From an uncultured Candidatus Saccharibacteria bacterium (GTDB lineage: Bacteria; Patescibacteriota; WWE3; UBA101185; UBA10185): a DNA stretch of 64,000 nt. Shown here piece after piece: positions 57,944-64,000 of this stretch. Position 1 is the stretch's first letter. Every line of letters starts with the position of its first letter. The stretch is taken from NCBI GenBank assembly GCA_964387275.1, contig CAYLVW010000001.1, positions 5,514-69,513 of the forward strand, in the 5' to 3' direction. The notes beneath the pieces are model-generated. The model had not been told where the DNA came from. It searched no databases and worked only from the letters and a program-made list of their open reading frames with translations. Made by a program: the position numbers and the translations under genes.

Positions 57944-58696
57944 CTATTTTTCATTTCTCAGTTTGTTGAGTTCGTTTAAAGTTCTATCGTTATTTTCCAA
58001 AAAGTAAACGTACTTGTAATATGCAGGGTACTTTGAGATTACGTAGTATTCAATTTTGCTTCCGAGTTCTGAATACATCAGAAATGCTGTAATAATAAAC
58101 ACTGCACCGGTAATTTGGTTAGTATTTTTAGTAAACTTGGAAATTTTTTGGGTAAGGTACGTTAGTTTTGCTCCAAGAAGTGTAATTATAAATAATGGTA
58201 TTGCTATACCTAAAACATATAATAGAGTAAATAGCACTACAAATAAGTCTACTTTTTGCATTGCACCTATTGTAGATATTGTTATAAGTATAGGTCCTGC
58301 ACACGGTGACCACAGAAAACTCATGCCAGCTCCAGAAATAAAACCCCTTTTGAATCCGGGTTCTTTTGAGACTTTGATATTAAATTTTGAAGTAAATTTA
58401 CTTAAAATAGTTTCTAATAAATCAGTAAGTGGTTTTATAAGTAGGACTATTCCAAACGAAAATATAAATATTATTGAGAAATTTCTAAATACACTTGCTT
58501 CTATAGGTATTAGTTTCACTAAGTAAGAGAAAAAAAGCATAAACAGTCCAAATGTTGCACTTACTCCGAGGGAGAGTCCCATAGCATATTTCTTATTTCC
58601 ACCTATATTGGAGGTAAGTATTAATGGTAATACATGCCATATACATGGCGATAGTACTGTAAATAGTCCTGAAAAAAATGCTAGTCCGAAAAGCAT
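57944..58696 (-). CDS. CcdA/DsbD-family transmembrane protein
   Basis: SPCIWHVLP, WSPCAGP. Confidence 0.88.
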   Translation of the reverse strand: MLFGLAFFSGLFTVLSPCIWHVLPLILTSNIGGNKKYAMGLSLGVSATFGLFMLFFSYLVKLIPIEASVFRNFSIIFIFSFGIVLLIKPLTDLLETILSKFTSKFNIKVSKEPGFKRGFISGAGMSFLWSPCAGPILITISTIGAMQKVDLFVVLFTLLYVLGIAIPLFIITLLGAKLTYLTQKISKFTKNTNQITGAVFIITAFLMYSELGSKIEYYVISKYPAYYKYVYFLENNDRTLNELNKLRNEK

Positions 58697-58764
58697 AGAT
58701 TAATTATACATCAGAGATTTACATATCCTTTGACTTTATTAAGCATAGGAAATAATATGTAGTT

Positions 58765-59064
58765 ATGAAAGGTTTTATAGATTTTATAAGAGAGCAAGGT
58801 GTAGTTGGTTTAGCCGTCGGTTTTATACTTGGCGGTAGCGTTTCCAAGGTTGTTAGTTCGATTGTTAGCGATCTAATAAACCCATTACTAGGCATTTTGC
58901 TTGGTAAAGCTGGGGACTTAAAGAGTTACTTCTTTATGGTCGGTGACGCTAAAGTGATGTGGGGGAGTTTTGCAGCAAATCTGCTTGATTTCCTTATTAT
59001 CGCAGCCGTTGTCTACTACCTTGTTTCAAGCCTCGGTTTGAATAGGCTCGACAAGAAGAAGTAA
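58765..59064 (+). CDS. mscL: Large-conductance mechanosensitive channel, short form
   Basis: FIREQGVVGLAVGFILG, V.DLINP, DFLIIA. Confidence 0.9.
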   Translation: MKGFIDFIREQGVVGLAVGFILGGSVSKVVSSIVSDLINPLLGILLGKAGDLKSYFFMVGDAKVMWGSFAANLLDFLIIAAVVYYLVSSLGLNRLDKKK

Positions 59065-59098
59065 TTTTTCTTTTCGAGGTGTTATAGAGGTCTCTGGT

Positions 59099-59127
59099 TT
59101 AAGGCGGCGCCAAAGGCGCCGCCTTAA
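59099..59127. terminator. GC-rich perfect palindrome between convergent genes
   Basis: ttaaggcggcgcc-aaa-ggcgccgccttaa. Confidence 0.65.
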
Positions 59128-59219
59128 CTGTATTAAGAAATAAGAAAAAGACATCAGTTAAAATAACAGCTTGAAGCAGGAATTATTGCAGGAGTAATTC
59201 TCTAAGAAGGGAGATAATT

Positions 59220-59948
59220 TTATAAATAGTCTGAGGCTCCAAAAAGAGCTATACCCGCTGCAACTGATAAATTCAAACTATCAATTGTTTTAGAGTGTGG
59301 AATCATAATCTTGTCTAAACCTCTGGATCTTAGAATATGCTCATCAATGCCGGTCCCTTCATTTCCAAATATAAGACTGAAAGGTTTTTTAAATTCTGTC
59401 TCTGATAACTTAATCGCTTCTTTATCTAGGACAAATGCGTATAGATTATTGCCCGTTTGGTTAAAATATTCTCCGAAACTAGAGTAATAAGAAAATCTTG
59501 TTTGAAAGAACGCTCCAGTTGAAGATCTTATTACTTTTGGATCAAATATATCTGTGCAAGGTTTTATTAGCACTAAATCTTTATAACCAAAACCTGCCAT
59601 GGTTCTTATAATAGTTCCTACATTTCCCATATCGGATGGATTTAAGAGCACCACATGGTTGTTGTTCATATTAATAGGATTGTCATACTTCTTGAAAACT
59701 CCTACTGCATAGCAATTTTCACTACCAGAAAGTTTAATTACAAGATTATCTGCAGTTTCTACCTTAATGTTTCTATTTTCAGAAATCCTAATTATTTCCT
59801 CAAGCCCTTTATTTTCACTACCCTTAGAGCTTATGAATATCCTTAGTACTTCATTTGGTCTGTATCTTAATAGCTCTAGAGTTGCAAAAACACCAGAGGC
59901 ATAAGAGAAGTCGCTTCTTTTATTATAAGCTTTTAATGCTACGTCCAT
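59220..59948 (-). CDS. TrmH/SpoU family RNA methyltransferase
   Basis: DMGNVGTIIRT, FGNEGTG, DSLNLSVAA. Confidence 0.93.
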   Translation of the reverse strand: MDVALKAYNKRSDFSYASGVFATLELLRYRPNEVLRIFISSKGSENKGLEEIIRISENRNIKVETADNLVIKLSGSENCYAVGVFKKYDNPINMNNNHVVLLNPSDMGNVGTIIRTMAGFGYKDLVLIKPCTDIFDPKVIRSSTGAFFQTRFSYYSSFGEYFNQTGNNLYAFVLDKEAIKLSETEFKKPFSLIFGNEGTGIDEHILRSRGLDKIMIPHSKTIDSLNLSVAAGIALFGASDYL

Positions 59949-60051
59949 AATGACGGTATTTTACCTCTAAAAACCCGAATAGGGAAATCTGGTCTTTTGT
60001 TTTACTGAGAGAATTGTTGCACCAAAGTTTTTACTTGAGTATCATAAGCTT

Positions 60052-60720
60052 ATGAGAAAAACCATGGTATTTGCTGTAAGTTTTATATTCTTGTTTACTG
60101 TATCTGCAAATTTTTACTTAGTTAAAGCCGAAAATGAGGATCCAACTGGATCAGAATCTCCTTCAGCAACCATTTTAAAAGACAGGGTGAATGTCAAAAA
60201 GACTTTGTCTGAGGATTTATCAGAAGCAAGAAATCAAGCAAGAGAGACACGAGAAGAGATAAAAGAGAACAGGGAAGAAAATGTTGAGAAGAGATGTGAG
60301 ATAGTCACCGAAAGGGTAAATAATAGGGTTACAGTTGCAACTACAAATAAAAAAAAGCACGTGGAGTTTTATAACAATGCTAAAAATAAGATTTCAGAAT
60401 TTGTAGATAAACTTACAGAGGAAGGCTATGACACTTCTGTTCTCAAATCAGAGTTAGTTGTTCTTGAAAGCCTTATTATCGATTTAAGTGCGAAATATGA
60501 CTCGTTTATTCTTTCGCTAGAAGAGACAAATCAATATTCATGTGGTAATTCTGAAGGTGATTTTGTTTCTTCATTGCAGGAGGCTCGTGCTGCTTTTCTT
60601 GAGGTACGACAGGCGGCTATAGCTATTAGAGACCAGTATACTGGGAAGATTCGTCCACTTATAAAAGAGCTTAGATCTCAGACTAAACAAGAGTTGGAAT
60701 CGGAGGTGGAGAATGAGTAG
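60052..60720 (+). CDS. Secreted coiled-coil hypothetical protein
   Basis: Signal peptide; Glu/Arg-rich helical composition. Confidence 0.75.
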   Translation: MRKTMVFAVSFIFLFTVSANFYLVKAENEDPTGSESPSATILKDRVNVKKTLSEDLSEARNQARETREEIKENREENVEKRCEIVTERVNNRVTVATTNKKKHVEFYNNAKNKISEFVDKLTEEGYDTSVLKSELVVLESLIIDLSAKYDSFILSLEETNQYSCGNSEGDFVSSLQEARAAFLEVRQAAIAIRDQYTGKIRPLIKELRSQTKQELESEVENE

Positions 60721-61033
60721 CAATTCCAGAGGTATTTCCTCAATATTAATAGTAGGCTTAACTATAGCTTTAGCGGTAGGTTTGTTTGGTATGTGGTATT
60801 TGAATAAAATGAGAGCTGATAGTACTTATACTTCTCAAAATGTAGAAATCGATAAACCTATCGGTATTGATGAAACTGATATCTTAACGCCTACACCAGA
60901 ACCTAATTTAGAGATCACAGAGATTTCATCTGATCCTAAAAACACCGAAGCTGACTTGGATAGGTTGGAGGAACAAATGAGTGATTTGGATAGTAGCATG
61001 GATGATTCATTTATTGATGAGCTTTCGCAGTAG
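60713..61033 (+). CDS. Small single-TM acidic protein with pilin-like N-terminus
   Basis: SRG-ISSILIVGLTIALAV; SD GGAGG; overlaps upstream gene. Confidence 0.7.
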   Translation: MSSNSRGISSILIVGLTIALAVGLFGMWYLNKMRADSTYTSQNVEIDKPIGIDETDILTPTPEPNLEITEISSDPKNTEADLDRLEEQMSDLDSSMDDSFIDELSQ

Positions 61034-61068
61034 AGTTTTGTCTTAGTTTATTTTCAGTAGTATTGTTG

Positions 61069-61099
61069 GGAAAGGGCGGGCCGTAGGCCCGCCCTTTCC
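61069..61099. terminator. GC-rich perfect palindrome between convergent genes
   Basis: ggaaagggcgggcc-gta-ggcccgccctttcc. Confidence 0.65.
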
Positions 61100-61171
61100 T
61101 CTACCCAATAATCCTATTTTACAAACCAAAACCGAAGAACTCTTGCCTATTTAATCAGATCGTAGAGTAAC

Positions 61172-62254
61172 CTAAGACACCCTATACATAATATATTTGA
61201 CTAAAGATATAAGTAGGTTTTTGGTATCTGCAAGGTGAGTGATTCTATCAACTTGTTCCACTGCTAGGTTTACATAATTTTGGCCGAGGCTTTCCGCTTG
61301 TTTTAATGCCTCAGATTCTACAAATAAATTTCTAACAGTCTTAATACCATCTTCTCTAATGTCTCTATCACCATATAAACTTAATAGAAGCTTTTTTTTA
61401 TCTTCTTGTAGATTTTTTAATGCTAGAGAGAATAATATTGTGTTTTTACCTTCTAAAATGTCAGAGTTGTTGGATTTGCCCTGTTGGTCCATATTCCCAA
61501 AAGTACCCAAAATATCATCTTTAATTTGAAAAGCCCACCCTAAGGAATTTCCATATACCTTAATTGCTTTTAGTATGCTTTCATCTTTTATCCCTCCGAG
61601 TTTTGCTCCCATTAGCAGAGGCAGCACTCCTGTATATTCAGCAGTTTTGTACTTATGGATTTGTTCAACATAACTCTCATTAATTTTGTGTCCATAATTT
61701 GTAATATCCAGAGTTTGCCCCAACACAACTCTAGTAGTGTAGAAGGAATATATTTTTAAAGCCTCAATGACATTTTCTGCAGGTAGGTTTGTGGATAAGA
61801 ATATACTAAGGCCGTATAGTATATTTAAGTCTCCAGCATTTATTCCCATGCTCATACCATAGTGTTTTGCATCATTTAAGAGATGTTTAGCACAGTAGTT
61901 TTCGAAGTGTTTGTGTACAGTTTCAACACCCCTTCTTAAGTTGTCATTATCCATAATATCATCATGTATTAGGACACCTGAATGAAACATTTCAATCAAC
62001 AAACTTGCGTTATAGATTTCATCTGTTGCAGTTTTTCCTGATAACTCATACCCAAGTATTACTAGCAATCCCCTCAGGTTTTTACCAGGTAAACTAACTT
62101 CCCTTGTTTTGGAAATAAATTCCGAATTTAGTTCTACAAACTTTTCCTTTTTATTAGTACCAAGACTTTCTTGTAATTTTGTATAATACTCATTAAGTTT
62201 CATGAGTTTAAATTCTTTATACGTTTCTAGCTTGGCTTTTAGTATTGGGTCCAT
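61172..62254 (-). CDS. Polyprenyl diphosphate synthase (IdsA/IspA family)
   Basis: GKNLR, LIHDDIMDNDNLRRG, KTAEY, FQIKDDILG. Confidence 0.95.
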   Translation of the reverse strand: MDPILKAKLETYKEFKLMKLNEYYTKLQESLGTNKKEKFVELNSEFISKTREVSLPGKNLRGLLVILGYELSGKTATDEIYNASLLIEMFHSGVLIHDDIMDNDNLRRGVETVHKHFENYCAKHLLNDAKHYGMSMGINAGDLNILYGLSIFLSTNLPAENVIEALKIYSFYTTRVVLGQTLDITNYGHKINESYVEQIHKYKTAEYTGVLPLLMGAKLGGIKDESILKAIKVYGNSLGWAFQIKDDILGTFGNMDQQGKSNNSDILEGKNTILFSLALKNLQEDKKKLLLSLYGDRDIREDGIKTVRNLFVESEALKQAESLGQNYVNLAVEQVDRITHLADTKNLLISLVKYIMYRVS

Positions 62255-62272
62255 GATATATAATATTCCTAA

Positions 62273-63346
62273 ATGTTTATGAAAAAATTATTAATAACTT
62301 TACTTATCTTTTTAGCAGCGCAATTATTTGCATCTAAATTAGTTTATGCACAAGATAATAACACAGTTAGTAGCTATGGTGTTGGTACTGTAATAAACAT
62401 CATGGAGTCACCAGACACTGGTGCTTATGCCGTAGATTTGGAAAGTGAAGGTAGTACCATAGAAAAAGTTAACTATATTCCCTCAGAGCGGTTGGTAGAT
62501 ATACAAAAAGGTGAGAAGGTTGTGTTTATTAAAATTACACAAGAGGGGGATACAGGATATTATGTTGTTGATAGGTATAGACTTTCCACTTTGTTTTTGA
62601 TTTTTGCCTTGTTTTTTATACTAGTTGTTACTTTAACAAGGTTAAAGGGTTTTTTGTCTTTTGTTGGTTTATTTCTAAGTGTTTTAGTGCTTACAAACTA
62701 TCTTGCACCTAATTTACTTAGAGGTGGCGATGCCATATATATCTCAATGGTTGGCATCGTTTTAATATCCATCTCTTCAATGTTTTTTGCCCATGGATTA
62801 AACATACGAACTATACTTTCAGTTTTCAGCACTGTAATAACCCTATTGGTATCTTTATTTCTGTCAGTAATTTTTGTTAAAGCGTCTTATTTATCGGGTA
62901 TGGGTACAGAGGAATCATTTTTTCTAGGTATTAGGGAAGGTTACTCAATAAATATGCAAGGTGTTTTACTTGTAGGGATAATTGTTGGTGCATTAGGTGT
63001 CCTTGATGATATAACAACTGCTCAAACTGCTGTTGTTGAGGAACTCAAGAAGGCCAATTCTTCTTTAAATGTTTTTGATTTATATAAGCGTGCTTCTTCT
63101 GTAGGTACTGAACACATCGCTTCTTTGGTTAATACTTTAGTTTTGGCTTATGCGGGAGCTGGGCTTCCTATGTTTTTACTATTTTATGTGGCAAATGACC
63201 AGCCAATTTGGGTAACTCTAAACTCTGAGTATTTTGCAGAGGAAATAGTAAGAACTCTAGTCGGAAGCATGTCACTAGTTTTAGCTGTTCCGATTGCAAC
63301 TATTGTTGCAGCCTGGTATTTTAGTAAATACCAGCCTAGGGAGTAG
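62273..63346 (+). CDS. YibE/F family membrane protein
   Basis: LGVLDDITTAQ, HIASLVNTLVLAYAG, EEIVRTL. Confidence 0.92.
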   Translation: MFMKKLLITLLIFLAAQLFASKLVYAQDNNTVSSYGVGTVINIMESPDTGAYAVDLESEGSTIEKVNYIPSERLVDIQKGEKVVFIKITQEGDTGYYVVDRYRLSTLFLIFALFFILVVTLTRLKGFLSFVGLFLSVLVLTNYLAPNLLRGGDAIYISMVGIVLISISSMFFAHGLNIRTILSVFSTVITLLVSLFLSVIFVKASYLSGMGTEESFFLGIREGYSINMQGVLLVGIIVGALGVLDDITTAQTAVVEELKKANSSLNVFDLYKRASSVGTEHIASLVNTLVLAYAGAGLPMFLLFYVANDQPIWVTLNSEYFAEEIVRTLVGSMSLVLAVPIATIVAAWYFSKYQPRE

Positions 63347-63373
63347 TTTGATATAATACAAACCTTAAGTTTT

Positions 63374-64000
63374 ATGAATATACCTAATCATATAGCAATA
63401 ATTCCGGATGGAAACAGACGATGGGCAAAGCAACATGGGTTACCCACTTTACTTGGTCATAAGAGAGGTTCTGAGAATTTTGACACTCTTCTTATAACTG
63501 CTCAAAGCCTTGGGGTTAAATGTGTGAGTGCCTGGGCATTTTCAACTGAGAATTGGAAACGAGATAGTGAAGAAGTTACGTACCTTTTTGATTTAGCCAG
63601 AGAGCTTGTTAGAAGATACCACGATAGGTGTTTAAAGGACCAAATGCGATTTATTCATCTTGGCAGGAAGGACAGAATTCCCAAGGACATATTAGATACA
63701 ATAGAAAGCTTAGAAGAAGAAACAAAATCTTTTACAAATTTAATTGTTGCTATAGGTATAGATTATGGTGGTCACGACGAAATTGTAAGAACAATATCTA
63801 AGCTAAAATTATTAAACATGGATATTACTACTGATAACATTGAATCTCATTTAGATACAGCTGAGTTACCCAAAATTGACCTAATCATAAGAACAGGCGG
63901 TGAGAAGAGGCTTAGTGGTTTTATGTCTTGGCAAAGTGAGTACGCTGAACTCTACTTCTCCGACAGACTTTTTCCAGATTTCACAGCCGAAGAGTTAACT
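63374..64000 (+). CDS. uppS: Undecaprenyl diphosphate synthase (partial, runs off window end)
   Basis: Hand translation: MNIPNHIAIIPDGNRRWAK, FSTENWKR, DLIIRTGGEKRLSGFMSWQSEYAELYF. Confidence 0.95.
   Translation, partial: MNIPNHIAIIPDGNRRWAKQHGLPTLLGHKRGSENFDTLLITAQSLGVKCVSAWAFSTENWKRDSEEVTYLFDLARELVRRYHDRCLKDQMRFIHLGRKDRIPKDILDTIESLEEETKSFTNLIVAIGIDYGGHDEIVRTISKLKLLNMDITTDNIESHLDTAELPKIDLIIRTGGEKRLSGFMSWQSEYAELYFSDRLFPDFTAEELT

Noticed and set aside
32840-61099. Integron attC sites
   Set aside because: No RYYYAAC/GTTRRRY ends or extrahelical bases, and no integron integrase

Overview
AT-rich (roughly 35% GC by eye), gene-dense chromosome segment. The content points to a Candidate Phyla Radiation / Patescibacteria genome (WWE3/Microgenomates-like; inference): a giant LamG/beta-propeller/FN3 surface protein, GT-C glycosyltransferases, a VanW protein, a truncated RelA/SpoT homolog and many apparently leaderless genes. 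It carries two tRNA genes, Glu-CTC and Gln-CTG, each with a duplicated 3' end. The Gln duplication encloses a 1.4 kb integrase-less islet with a translationally coupled DUF5343-like + Swt1-like HEPN pair, my best candidate for an undescribed defence or toxin-antitoxin system. The Glu duplication encloses a ~200 bp cargo-free structured element with the same terminal architecture. Other notable modules are a minimal, motif-divergent [NiFe]-hydrogenase locus beside KorAB and a 3Fe-4S ferredoxin, an ApbE flavinylation (NQR/RNF-like) operon, an NDT-fold/RHH gene divergent from NUDIX and HAM1 genes, two genes split at simple repeats, a family of long GC-rich palindromes, IS200/IS605-like end relics and several candidate structured RNAs. 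All family assignments come from recognising motifs by eye; no searches were run.
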